Assembly (NCBI GenBank): GCA_044224875.1
Contig: JBGAJQ010000057.1
Span: 1-34,441, forward strand
Direction of reading: 5' to 3'
DNA from: Gemmatimonadaceae bacterium
GTDB lineage: Bacteria; Gemmatimonadota; Gemmatimonadetes; Gemmatimonadales; Gemmatimonadaceae
DNA length: 34,441 bases
Shown: positions 9,475 to 21,215 of the stretch, piece by piece
Numbering within the stretch: position 1 is the first letter of the stretch
Layout of the letters: each line of letters starts with the position of its first letter
Position numbers and translations under genes: made by a program
The notes under the pieces: generated by a model
Told to the model about the DNA's origin: nothing
Seen by the model: only the letters and a program-made list of their open reading frames with translations
Databases searched by the model: none

Positions 9475-10847
9475 ACGGAGAGCGATCGGACGCCCTCGTG
9501 TTCTTTGGCATTACCGGAGACCTCGCGTACAAGAAGATCTTCCCCGCCCTGTACGCCATGGCTCGTCGCGGCGCACTGGATCTTCCCGTGGTTGGCGTGG
9601 CCGCCAGCGAGCTGACGACAGCGCAGGTCGTGGATCGCGCCCGCGCCTCGTTGACGGATGCCGGCATCACGATCGACGAGGCCGCGTTCGCCCAACTCGC
9701 GTCCCGGCTGGCATACGTGCGTGGGGATTATCGCGAGCCGTCGACCTATCAGGCACTCAAGTCCGCGTTAGGCCCGGCCGTTCGTCCGCTGTTCTACCTG
9801 GCGATTCCGCCCTCGCTCTTTGCCACCGTGGTCGAGGGCCTAGCCAGCACGGGGTGCCATGCGGGGGGCCGAGTGGTGTTGGAGAAACCATTCGGTCGGG
9901 ACCTCGCGTCGGCCGTGGCGCTCAATGCCACGCTGCACGCCCGGTTTGACGAACGTGCGATCTTTCGCATTGATCACTACCTGGGCAAGGAGGCCGTGCA
10001 GAACCTCCTGTATTTCAGGTTCGCGAATGCGTTCTTCGAGCCCGTTTGGAATCGACAGTACGTGGAAAACGTCCAGATCACCATGGCCGAGCGTTTTGGT
10101 GTGGCGGGCCGCGGAAAGTTCTACGAGGAAGCGGGCGTCATACGCGACGTGATCCAGAATCACCTGTTGCAGGTGGTGGGATTCCTGGCCATGGAGCCTC
10201 CAAGCAGCGCCTACCCGGAGGCGATCCGCGATGAACAGGCAAAAGTGCTCCGCAGCATCCGACCCATGGATCCCGGAGAGCTCGTCCTTGGCCAATTCGA
10301 CGGCTATCGCGCCGAAGCTGGGGTCGCCGTCGACTCGCGCGTTCCCACGTTCGCGGCCGTGCGCGTTCACGTCGATTCATGGCGGTGGGCGGACGTGCCC
10401 TTCTTTATCCGCGCGGGTAAGTCGCTCGCGGTCACGGCGACCGAGGTGTACGTGGAGTTGAAGGCGCCGCCCCAAGTGGTATTTCATGAGGCAGCCCCGG
10501 CGATGGGCAATTATGTGCGCTTTCGCCTTGGGCCGGACGTGGTCATAGCGCTCGGTGCAAGTGCCAAGCGACTCGGCGAGGGAATGGCTGGGCAGCCGAT
10601 TGAGTTGTCCGTCACGCGCCAGCGAACCGGGGACGAGATGGACGCCTATGAACGGTTATTGGGTGACGCCATGCAGGGCGACGCCACGCTCTTTGCGCGC
10701 CAGGATGCCGTGGAAGCTGCCTGGGCCCTAGTGCAACCGCTCCTCGCTGTCGATGTTCCTCCAACTCCGTACGCGCCGGGGAGCTGGGGCCCGGCCGAAG
10801 CACACCGCCTGACCCGTGATGTTGGAGGTTGGATCGACCCGCAATGA
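9471..10847 (+). CDS. zwf: glucose-6-phosphate 1-dehydrogenase
   Basis: [44 protein letters not shown] overlap with the gnd stop. Confidence 0.95.
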   Translation: MNGERSDALVFFGITGDLAYKKIFPALYAMARRGALDLPVVGVAASELTTAQVVDRARASLTDAGITIDEAAFAQLASRLAYVRGDYREPSTYQALKSALGPAVRPLFYLAIPPSLFATVVEGLASTGCHAGGRVVLEKPFGRDLASAVALNATLHARFDERAIFRIDHYLGKEAVQNLLYFRFANAFFEPVWNRQYVENVQITMAERFGVAGRGKFYEEAGVIRDVIQNHLLQVVGFLAMEPPSSAYPEAIRDEQAKVLRSIRPMDPGELVLGQFDGYRAEAGVAVDSRVPTFAAVRVHVDSWRWADVPFFIRAGKSLAVTATEVYVELKAPPQVVFHEAAPAMGNYVRFRLGPDVVIALGASAKRLGEGMAGQPIELSVTRQRTGDEMDAYERLLGDAMQGDATLFARQDAVEAAWALVQPLLAVDVPPTPYAPGSWGPAEAHRLTRDVGGWIDPQ

Positions 10848-11524
10848 GAGTGCTCGTCGTTGACGTGGGTGGAACCCATATCAAGCTCGCGATTGCCGGC
10901 ACGCGCCGGATCCTCAAGATCGATTCCGGGCCAGACCTCACGGCGTCGCGTATGGTGCGCGACGTGCTGCGCGCGACATCGGCATGGCAGTACGATGTCG
11001 TGACCATCGGTTATCCCGGTCCGGTCCGACACGATCGTCCGCTCGAGGAACCGCACAATCTTGGCGGCGGATGGAAGCGGTGCAACTACGCCGAGAAGTT
11101 CGGGAAGCCCGTGCGAATCGTCAATGATGCGGCCATGCAGGCGTTAGGCAGCTACCAAGGCGGTCGCATGCTCTTCCTGGGGTTGGGCACGGGCCTGGGA
11201 TCGGCGGTCATCGATCGCGGGCGACTCGAGCCGCTCGAGCTGGCACACTTGCCGTACAAGGACGGACTCGAGTACGAGGACTTTCTGGGGACTCGTGGAC
11301 TCAAGCGATTGGGACGCAAGACGTGGCGACGCCACGTGGGCACGGTGGCGGAGTTGTTGCGGCGCGGGCTCATCTGCGACTACGTCGTGCTCGGCGGCGG
11401 GAATGTGAAACAGATGGTCGCGATGCCCCCACACTGTCGCCGCGGGGACAATGCCAACGCATTCCGCGGAGGTGGGCGCGTGTGGACCGAGCACGACACG
11501 TTGAGAGTCAAGCCAGTTCGCTAG
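10844..11524 (+). CDS. ROK-family sugar kinase, polyphosphate glucokinase-like
   Basis: [45 protein letters not shown] overlap with the zwf stop. Confidence 0.85.
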   Translation: MRVLVVDVGGTHIKLAIAGTRRILKIDSGPDLTASRMVRDVLRATSAWQYDVVTIGYPGPVRHDRPLEEPHNLGGGWKRCNYAEKFGKPVRIVNDAAMQALGSYQGGRMLFLGLGTGLGSAVIDRGRLEPLELAHLPYKDGLEYEDFLGTRGLKRLGRKTWRRHVGTVAELLRRGLICDYVVLGGGNVKQMVAMPPHCRRGDNANAFRGGGRVWTEHDTLRVKPVR

Positions 11525-11596
11525 CCTTAGGAATTCGCTCGTGCGATGGCCGTCCGGTAGCGTCGGCGCACGCCATCCCGCTAGCCTCTCCGTCAG

Positions 11597-12886
11597 CTAC
11601 ATCGCGACCATGGCAACCACGCAGCCGGCCATGACCGCGAACGCCAATGCGACGGCGGCCTGGCCCAGCCGAGAGCTGGTTTGTCCGCGCATGAGCGCAT
11701 GGTCGCGCGCGACGAGCAGAATGCCGAGCAACAGGACGGGCGCCAGCAGTCCGTTCAGCACGGCCGAGTAGAAGAGCGCTCGCACCGGACTGATGTTGAG
11801 AAAGTCGAGCAGCACGCCAATGGCGAGGGACAGTATCAGCACGGCGTAGAATGCCGGTGCGCGGCGCAGCCGCTCGTCGATTCCCTGTCGCCAACCGAAG
11901 ATCTCGGCGAAGGCATACGAGGACGATCCTGCCAAGGTTGGAATGGCGAGGAACCCGGTGCCGAGAAGACCGAGTGTATAGAGAAGTGCCGCGAAGCGCC
12001 CGGCGAGCGGAGCGAGAGCTTGGGCGACTTCGGCGCTGCTGGTCAGGTTCGTCAGCCCATGCGCGTGGAGCGTGAGCGCCGTCGTGAGCATGATGAAGTA
12101 CATGGTGACGATGGCCGCGAATGTTCCCGCCCCCACATCAATCTTGCGCACTCGGATTTCCGAGGCCGATGCACCCACGCGATCGGCCACCGTCACCCGG
12201 CCCAATGCTTTTTCTTCCTCGACTTCTTCCGAGGCTTGCCAAAAGAAGAGGTAGGGAGAGATCGTCGTGCCTAACACGGCCACGAGTGTGGCCCAACCTG
12301 CTCGTGAGTGCGGCAGGGAGGGTACGAACGTCGCGCGGGCCACGGCTCCCCAATCCGGACCGGTGACGAATGCCGTGATGACGTACACCAGGAGGACGAG
12401 TGCCAGCCAGCGCAGCACGTTGGCAATCGTCGTGTAGTGAAAGCGGATGGTGGCCCAACCGATCGCGATCGCGAAGGCGATGACGAGGACATGCGAGTTG
12501 ACCGAGGTCAGTAACTCCGCTGCGTCCGCCATGCCAGCCAAGTCAGCTCCAACGTTGACCGTGTTGGCGATGAACAAAGCCAGCGCGGCGGCGACCAGCA
12601 CTGGCCGCGAGAACTTGCGCCGGAGCGCCGCCATGAGTCCACGACCGGTGACCATTCCGATTCGGGCGCACATCGATTGCACCCCCGCCATCAACGGCCA
12701 GGTGAGCAGCGCTGTCCAGAGGAACGCCGTGCCGTACTGCGCTCCGGCAATGGAGTAGGTGGCAATTCCCGATGGGTCGTCGTCCGCCGCGCCAGCGATG
12801 ACACCGGGCCCAATGGATCGCCACCACGACCCTGGTTTCGATCGGGGCGTGGTCTGTTCGCGTTGCAGCTCGTCCGCAGGTGTCAT
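11597..12886 (-). CDS. NRAMP/SLC11-related divalent metal transporter
   Basis: GPGVIAGAADDDPSGIATYS, RIGMVTGRGL, GTTISPY, about 11 hydrophobic segments; start ATG 12886. Confidence 0.88.
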   Translation of the reverse strand: MTPADELQREQTTPRSKPGSWWRSIGPGVIAGAADDDPSGIATYSIAGAQYGTAFLWTALLTWPLMAGVQSMCARIGMVTGRGLMAALRRKFSRPVLVAAALALFIANTVNVGADLAGMADAAELLTSVNSHVLVIAFAIAIGWATIRFHYTTIANVLRWLALVLLVYVITAFVTGPDWGAVARATFVPSLPHSRAGWATLVAVLGTTISPYLFFWQASEEVEEEKALGRVTVADRVGASASEIRVRKIDVGAGTFAAIVTMYFIMLTTALTLHAHGLTNLTSSAEVAQALAPLAGRFAALLYTLGLLGTGFLAIPTLAGSSSYAFAEIFGWRQGIDERLRRAPAFYAVLILSLAIGVLLDFLNISPVRALFYSAVLNGLLAPVLLLGILLVARDHALMRGQTSSRLGQAAVALAFAVMAGCVVAMVAM

Positions 12887-13116
12887 CAGAATTCGGCAGA
12901 GTGTCGTCGAAAGGTAGTCACCGGTTCGGGAGCCTTCGTGAGGGGAAAAACGTGACGACGGCGCGGGTTTGGCATCCAGATTGAGGCGACCCTGGGCTCT
13001 CCTGCCCGGGAACAGGTTCAACCCAGGGACGCACGCACGACGTGACATCACGCACAGCGCGCGTACATTTGCGGCGTCCGATCCGTACGCGACCCTTCCG
13101 TCGGAACCCCTACCCC

Positions 13117-14469
13117 ATGCCTACCTCTCGCCGCACCTTCCTCAAGACCTCCGCCAATGCCTTCACTGGCGCAGCCTTGGCTAGCTCCGCGCCATTGGCC
13201 GAAGCCCTGGCTGCACCAAGCACGAAGCGAGTCGCTCCATCGGACCAACTCAACCTCGCCGTCATTGGCGCCAATGGCATGGGGTGGTCGGATGTTCGCT
13301 CACACCTCAAGATCGCTGGTGTGAACTGTGTCGCGATCGCCGATGTGGACGCCAGTGTTCTCACCAAGCGAAGCGCAGACTTGGTCGCCGCGGGCGGCAA
13401 GACGCCGCGGACGTATGGAGACTATCGCCGGCTGCTCGAGAGCAAGGACATTGACGCGGTTGTTGTTGCAACGCCGGACCATTGGCACTGTTTGGCCATG
13501 GTGGATTCGTTGAGCGCCGGCAAACACGTTTACGTCGAGAAGCCGATCGCGCACACCATTCAGGAATGCCAGGTGATGCAGGCCGCCACAAAGCGGTACG
13601 GCAAGATGGTACAGGTTGGGCAGTGGCAACGCAGCGGGCCGCACTACGAGCAGGCGATCGCCTATGTGCGATCGGGGAAGCTTGGCGTCATACGACTCGT
13701 GAAGGTGTGGGCCTACCAAGGTTGGATGACGCCTGTTCCCGTCCAGCCCGATGGCCCCGCTCCCGCAGGCGTCGACTACGACATGTGGCTCGGCCCGGCG
13801 CCCAAGCGCAGCTTCAACCCAAACCGGTTCCACTTCAACTTCCGGTGGTTCTGGGACTATGCCGGCGGATTGATGACCGACTGGGGCGTGCACGAGATCG
13901 ACATTGCCCTTTACGCCATGCGCGCGACCGCACCCAAGTCCGTGATCGCCAGCGGCGGAAAGTTCGCGTATCCGGACGATGCTTCCGAGACGCCAGACAC
14001 GCTGCAGGCCGTGTTCGAGTACGAAGGCTTCAACATGCTGTGGGAGCACGCGACCGGCATCGACGGTGGCCCGTATGGCCGGACGGAGGGCATCGCGTTT
14101 ATCGGTAACAACGGAACGCTCGTCGTGAACCGCGGCGGGTGGGAGGTGATCCCCGAGACGTTCACGGATGCCGGGCTGCGGCGGTACAAGCTGGACGCGA
14201 TTCCACCGCAGGGACATAACGACGAGATACTCGACCTGCACACGCAGAACTTCGTCGATGCCATTCGGAAGGGAGATGCATCGATGCTCAAGTGCGGCAT
14301 CGACACAGGAAGTGTCGCGGCCATCAACGCGAGCATGGGGAATATCGCGCTCAAGACGGGCCGCAAGGTGTTCTGGAACGCGTCGACCAACCAGTTCCAG
14401 AACGATGCGGAGGCCAACGCGCTAATGCGCGCGAGCTATCGGTCGGGGTTTGAGCTGCCGCGGGTGTGA
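13117..14469 (+). CDS. Tat-exported Gfo/Idh/MocA family oxidoreductase
   Basis: Tat motif SRRTFLK; GANGMG, ATPDHWH, YVEKP, QVGQWQRS, DMWLGPAP, DWGVH. Confidence 0.9.
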   Translation: MPTSRRTFLKTSANAFTGAALASSAPLAEALAAPSTKRVAPSDQLNLAVIGANGMGWSDVRSHLKIAGVNCVAIADVDASVLTKRSADLVAAGGKTPRTYGDYRRLLESKDIDAVVVATPDHWHCLAMVDSLSAGKHVYVEKPIAHTIQECQVMQAATKRYGKMVQVGQWQRSGPHYEQAIAYVRSGKLGVIRLVKVWAYQGWMTPVPVQPDGPAPAGVDYDMWLGPAPKRSFNPNRFHFNFRWFWDYAGGLMTDWGVHEIDIALYAMRATAPKSVIASGGKFAYPDDASETPDTLQAVFEYEGFNMLWEHATGIDGGPYGRTEGIAFIGNNGTLVVNRGGWEVIPETFTDAGLRRYKLDAIPPQGHNDEILDLHTQNFVDAIRKGDASMLKCGIDTGSVAAINASMGNIALKTGRKVFWNASTNQFQNDAEANALMRASYRSGFELPRV

Positions 14470-14654
14470 TCGAGAGTTGGGCGCGTCGCGACGCTGGGTG
14501 CTTCGGCTGGTCCCCTGCTGCGCCATGCCGCACGCCTGCTGGTCCCGCTCACGAGCGTCCGCGTTTGCGACGGTTCCGGCGACCGAGGGGCGAACGGTGA
14601 CATGGTTGTCACGCGGGCCATGATCGGGGGGCGCGATCTCTGGAACTACGGAAA

Positions 14655-14728
14655 TAGCAGGGGTGGGACTCGAACCCACGACCCCGGCATTATGAGTGCC
14701 GTGCTCTAACCACCTGAGCTACCCTGCC
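14655..14728 (-). tRNA. tRNA-Met(CAT), elongator type (tRNA-Ile2 not fully excluded); CCA not encoded
   Basis: GGCAGGGTAGCTCAGGTGGTTAGAGCACGGCACTCATAATGCCGGGGTCGTGGGTTCGAGTCCCACCCCTGCTA folds as a cloverleaf with anticodon CAT; resembles elongator tRNA-Met. Confidence 0.93.
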
Positions 14729-14862
14729 AAGTGACTGGGTGCGGGAAGTTTAACGCGCTTACCCGTGGCCGCGAAGCCCTCCCGGTCGGTGCAGTTACCC
14801 GGGGGGGGTGCCGACAATCAATAGAGGGCATCCCCCTTCCGCCTTTACTGAGGTCCTTCCCA

Positions 14863-15345
14863 GTGGCTGTACCGACACCCCGCGCCGTTGGCGCCATTCA
14901 CGGAAATGGCAAGGTGCGCGATCTGGTCGATGAATTCATGACCCAGAAGCGGCTCGACCGTGAGGCCGCCGCCAAGGCTGCGAATCGCAAGCGAGGTCCA
15001 TGGCCCAAGGTCATTGCTGGGCTAGCGGCCGTCGCTGCCTGGATCACGCCGATTCCGGGCGCGATTCCCAAGGGCGACACCACCGCCATGACGTCTGCCG
15101 GAATGCGGATGGAAGTGTTTCTCGCGGCGCAACGCGTCCGCGCCTATCGAGCAGAACACGGCTCCCTCCCGTTCTCTCTTTCGCTGGCCGGCGTACGCAG
15201 CGACTGGATCACCATGCACGCCGTGAATGACTCAGTGTTTGAACTGACGGCCATCGCCGATTCCCTGCGGGTCTCGTACAACTCCGCGACGCCGGACTCT
15301 TCGCTCTTCGGCGGCTCGGCTCGGATGCTGCGAGGCGGGCTGTGA
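14863..15345 (+). CDS. hypothetical membrane-anchored protein with pilin/GspG-like helix
   Basis: GAGGT then GTG 14863 (start uncertain); one TM segment (WPKVIAGLAAVAAWI), then VRAYRAEHGSLP resembling the GspG-type YxxxxGxxP motif; GTGA overlap with the next gene. Confidence 0.6.
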   Translation: MAVPTPRAVGAIHGNGKVRDLVDEFMTQKRLDREAAAKAANRKRGPWPKVIAGLAAVAAWITPIPGAIPKGDTTAMTSAGMRMEVFLAAQRVRAYRAEHGSLPFSLSLAGVRSDWITMHAVNDSVFELTAIADSLRVSYNSATPDSSLFGGSARMLRGGL

Positions 15346-15806
15346 GGCGAAATCGCCGCGGGTTTTCCCTGATAGAGCTCTTCGTCGTACTGGTCGTCCT
15401 TGGGATCATTGCCCGTCTCGCCGTGCCGCGTTACCACACCATGAAGGATCGCGCCATCTGTGCCAAGATCATTGGCGACGTCAACGCGATTCAGCACGCC
15501 ATCGGCAGCCTGCATGCGGACACGAATGGATGGCCGTCGAATAGCGGACCGGGGTCGGTGCCACCGCAGCTCGTGGCCTATCTTCCCGCGCAGTTCTCCT
15601 TCGTCAAGCCAGAGTACACATTGGAGCTGAACGTGGCCCCACCACCGACCGGCTCACCGGTGGACAACGCGATCGTCACCGTGGATGTCACCTCCACGGA
15701 CCCGGACCTGCTCCTCCTGCTGCCCTTCGTGGCCCAGCCATCGATGGCACACTATCCGGTCCCCGGGAAATACACGTTCGTCCTCGCGGGCCTCGCGTCC
15801 AGCTAG
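15342..15806 (+). CDS. prepilin-type N-terminal cleavage/methylation domain protein (type IV pilin / T2SS pseudopilin)
   Basis: Class III signal MRRNRRG|FSLIEL with conserved E5 and hydrophobic helix ending AVPRY. Confidence 0.9.
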   Translation: MRRNRRGFSLIELFVVLVVLGIIARLAVPRYHTMKDRAICAKIIGDVNAIQHAIGSLHADTNGWPSNSGPGSVPPQLVAYLPAQFSFVKPEYTLELNVAPPPTGSPVDNAIVTVDVTSTDPDLLLLLPFVAQPSMAHYPVPGKYTFVLAGLASS

Positions 15807-15825
15807 GCGCCAAGATCGAACCGGA

Positions 15826-15868
15826 AACACGAGTGGCCGATCGCGCGAGCGACCGGCCACTCATGTTT
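15826..15868. terminator. probable bidirectional terminator between the pilin gene and tRNA-fMet
   Basis: Inverted repeat GAGTGGCCGATCGC/GCGACCGGCCACTC (15831-15862) flanked by A/T-rich tails on both sides. Confidence 0.7.
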
Positions 15869-15874
15869 TGCGTA

Positions 15875-15948
<74 letters not shown>

Positions 15949-15961
15949 TCAGAGAGGACGG

Positions 15962-15990
15962 AATCTGTCCGGACGACCGGGCGAAGTCAA
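15962..15990 (-). promoter_or_regulatory. putative sigma70 promoter of tRNA-fMet
   Basis: Minus strand TTGACT-N17-CAGATT ending 13 nt upstream of the tRNA 5' end. Confidence 0.55.
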
Positions 15991-16001
15991 CCGAATACAG
16001 G

Positions 16002-16310
16002 CTACTTCGGGCGCGCAGATTTCCGCGGCACGGAGTCCGGATCGACGAATCGATAGAGTACTTCCTTGTCCGACTTCACCATGCCGTACGTCTCACGCGC
16101 GATGCGCTCCTGGAGCGCGAGGTCCGTGCGTAATCGCGCCTTGTATCGTTGCAACGAGTCGACGACATGTTTCAGGGAGTCGATCGATTCGTTCAGCATC
16201 TTCTCACGCGATCGTTGCCGTATCAGATGCAACGTCGTGAACTCGCCCCCTTGTACCGCATAGTACAGGGCGAAGGCGAGCACGAAATACAGTCCAAGGC
16301 GACGAAGCAT
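16002..16310 (-). CDS. ftsB: septum formation initiator FtsB/DivIC family protein
   Basis: Short N-terminal TM, coiled coil, ERIARETYGMVK..E motif; directly downstream of eno. Confidence 0.8.
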   Translation of the reverse strand: MLRRLGLYFVLAFALYYAVQGGEFTTLHLIRQRSREKMLNESIDSLKHVVDSLQRYKARLRTDLALQERIARETYGMVKSDKEVLYRFVDPDSVPRKSARPK

Positions 16311-16325
16311 GGCGCCGACGGTCGG

Positions 16326-18389
<2,064 letters not shown>

Positions 18390-18390
<1 letters not shown>

Positions 18391-19352
18391 TACAGCGAAA
18401 AGTGCTCGTAGCCCATGGCGAGGTCAACGCGATTCCCGTGATCGAGGAACTGAACGACCGGCGACGTTGAGTCCATCTGCCTGACGCGACCCACCTGCAC
18501 CAGCGGAAGGTCGAATTCACGTTCGAAGGCGACGGTATCCAAGCCCGCCGGAACGGATACGAGAAGTTCGTACTCCTCTCCCGACAGTGACGCTTCCACG
18601 GGACGAACGCCGGGAAACGTTGGCAGGCATTCGAGGTTCACGTCGACATTCACTGCCGACGCCGCCGCAAGGTGACGCGCCTCTGACGCCAGACCGTCCG
18701 AGATATCGATCAGCGCGCGCGCGCCACGATCGGCGAGCCAGCGCGCTTCCGAAAGGCGTGCCACGGGATAAGCGAATCGGGCCCGTTGTTCAGGCGATGG
18801 AGTCCCCCCCCTCATCCACGACCGCAGGGCCGCTCCAGGGCCGCCGAGCGACCCCGTCACGTAGAGCAGGTCTCCCGGCCGCGCGCCCGACCGACCGATG
18901 GGCGCGTGGGAACTGCCGAAAACAGTCACACCCACACTGAGGACCTCTCCCCGTGACAGGTCGCCGCCCATTATCGGCGTGCGGGCAGCGGACGCCGCGT
19001 CACCGATGCCGTCGGCGAGTTCGCCCGACAACTCCATGCTGTCCACCGGCAGCACCAGGGCCACCACCATGCCTAACGGCGATGCGGCCATGGCGGCCAG
19101 GTCGCTGAGGGCCGCCATGGTGGCTCGCCAGCCGATTTCACGCGGTGTCAGCCACTCCCGCCGAAAGTGCACGCGATCGACCGAGGTATCCGTGGATACG
19201 ACGAGCCGTTCTCCTGGCGGAACGTCGAGCACGGCCGCATCGTCTCCGATACCGGCGGCCCTTGGCCCCCACCGCGCGAGCAGTGCGCGCACCACGTCGA
19301 ATTCGCGGCCCGGGCCAAGTGGCGTGTGGATAGGGCCGGCGTTAGGCGTCAT
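18390..19352 (-). CDS. thiL: thiamine-monophosphate kinase
   Basis: EF, GIGDDAAV, STD, HF, LSDLAAM, GGD, DISDGL, GEEYELL. Confidence 0.95.
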
Positions 19353-20893
19353 GCGGCCGACGGCCGTACTGAATCACCCACGGCCGGCAGCTCCGTCATG
19401 ATCGGAGCCTCTGGCCTCTGCGTCTCGAACCGCCAGGTCGCGGGGACGGCATTCAGGACATCGTCCAGCACGACACCGCGCACGGGTCGCCCGAGGTTCG
19501 CCAACTCCGCTGCGCGTCCATGGACCCAGGCGGCGCTCGCCGCGCTGTCCAACGCACTCCGAGTTTGCGCAAGCAGTGTGACGGCAATCCCGCCGAGCAC
19601 GTCGCCCGATCCAGCGGCGCCGAGGACCGGCGTCCCCGCCGCGCTCACCATGCCGTCCCCGTTGGGGCGGGCTAGGATGGTTGGCACCCCCTTGAGGAGC
19701 ACGACCGATCCGGATCGCGCCGACAGCTCAAACGCTGCGGCGAAGCGGTCCTCGATCACTGCCTCCGTGTCCCGGCCAAGCAACCGTGCGCACTCGCCGA
19801 CGTGCGGCGTGAGAATCGCCGGGCGACCCATCAGGTGTGCTCGCAGTTCGTCCAGACGTCCGGCGAACAGGGTGAGCGCGTCCGCGTCGAGCACGATCGG
19901 GCCCGTCCACACACGCAGCAGTTGATCCAGCGTACTGCGGGCGTCGGCCCCCTTCCCGAGTCCGGGCCCGACGAGGACAGCGTCAGCGTATGAGCTGACG
20001 AGATCCGTCAGTCGCGAGTCATCGGCGGGCCAGGTGCCCGCGGTGGCCTCGGGGGCGCCCACCTGCACGGCGGTCAGGCTGGCAGGGTGCACGAGCACGC
20101 GGACCATCCCCACGCCACTCCGCATCGCCCCCCGTGCGGCAAGCACGATCGCGCCGGACATGCCCTCCGATCCACCGATGATCGCCACTCGCCGGCGGAG
20201 CCCTTTGTGCGACTCGGCTGCGATGGGAGGAATACGTGCCGCTACCCAGCGCTCGTCGACGAGACCCAGCGAGCCAGGAATGTCCTGGCCATGCGCGCCC
20301 AGTCCGATATCGACGACGGTAATCGTGCCGCTGGCGCCGCGCGCCATCAGCAACCCTCGCTTCATGTGACCGAAGGTGATTGTCCAGTCGGCCGTCACGG
20401 CGCCGTCAGCGACACCCGTCGTGGCATCCAACCCCGATGGCACGTCGAGCGCGACGACTGGCGTTCCGTCAGCTCGTCCGTCCCGAATGACGCGAATGGC
20501 ATCGGCCACGCGGTCGCGAGGGCGGCCGGTGCTTCCCGTGCCGAGCAGCGCATCCACAATGAGCGTGGGCGACGACGCCTCCGCACCTAACGATCGCGAT
20601 GCGGCCCACGCGGCGGCACGTTCGGCATCGGCGGTCCGCGGCGGCCCGACCGCGATCAGGCGGGGGCGATGCCCGCGGTCGGCGAGCGCGCCGGCCACGA
20701 TGTAGCCGTCGCCACCGTTGTTACCAGTGCCGGCATGAACAACAACGTGCGCCAGGTTGTCAGGAAACGCGGAGCAGAGCAACGCCGCCGCACGCTCACC
20801 CGCCGCGCGCATGAGTTCAAACGATGGCGTTCCCGCTGCGATCGCCGCCGCATCGGCAGCACGAGCCTGGTCTGCGGTAACTACGCGAGTCAT
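19349..20893 (-). CDS. nnr: bifunctional NAD(P)H-hydrate epimerase/dehydratase (YjeF/Nnr)
   Basis: GNNGGDG, DALLGTG, DVPSG; HKG, GPGLG, DADAL, TPHVGE, LKG, GSGDVL; start could be 20893, 20896 or 20902. Confidence 0.93.
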   Translation of the reverse strand: MTRVVTADQARAADAAAIAAGTPSFELMRAAGERAAALLCSAFPDNLAHVVVHAGTGNNGGDGYIVAGALADRGHRPRLIAVGPPRTADAERAAAWAASRSLGAEASSPTLIVDALLGTGSTGRPRDRVADAIRVIRDGRADGTPVVALDVPSGLDATTGVADGAVTADWTITFGHMKRGLLMARGASGTITVVDIGLGAHGQDIPGSLGLVDERWVAARIPPIAAESHKGLRRRVAIIGGSEGMSGAIVLAARGAMRSGVGMVRVLVHPASLTAVQVGAPEATAGTWPADDSRLTDLVSSYADAVLVGPGLGKGADARSTLDQLLRVWTGPIVLDADALTLFAGRLDELRAHLMGRPAILTPHVGECARLLGRDTEAVIEDRFAAAFELSARSGSVVLLKGVPTILARPNGDGMVSAAGTPVLGAAGSGDVLGGIAVTLLAQTRSALDSAASAAWVHGRAAELANLGRPVRGVVLDDVLNAVPATWRFETQRPEAPIMTELPAVGDSVRPSAA

Positions 20894-20962
20894 CACCAAC
20901 ACCCCCCACCCGCGCGACTGTCTCCAGCAACCGGTCTCCGCCCGGACCGGCTGCGAAACAGC

Positions 20963-21157
20963 CTACTTATGCGACTGCCCGATCGCGCGCCCGAAGCTGA
21001 TCTCGCCGTTGTCGATCCGAATGTTGAACCCGCAATCCGGATTGCTGCAGACCCACGCTTTGTACGTGATCGGCGCCCCATCGCGACCGTAGTCGCTGAG
21101 CGGCAATAGCACCCCGTTTCCGCACTTCTTGCATTGAGGTAGTTCTGAGACCTGCAC
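20963..21157 (-). CDS. small conserved-looking Zn-ribbon protein (64 aa)
   Basis: CKKC...CSNPDC, LLPLSDYG and YKAWVC; strong AGGAGG 5 nt before GTG 21157. Confidence 0.8.
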   Translation of the reverse strand: MQVSELPQCKKCGNGVLLPLSDYGRDGAPITYKAWVCSNPDCGFNIRIDNGEISFGRAIGQSHK

Positions 21158-21215
21158 TTCATCCTCCTGTAGCACAGGAAACGCCTGACGAACGTCGGTG
21201 GGGGTTGACGGACCG

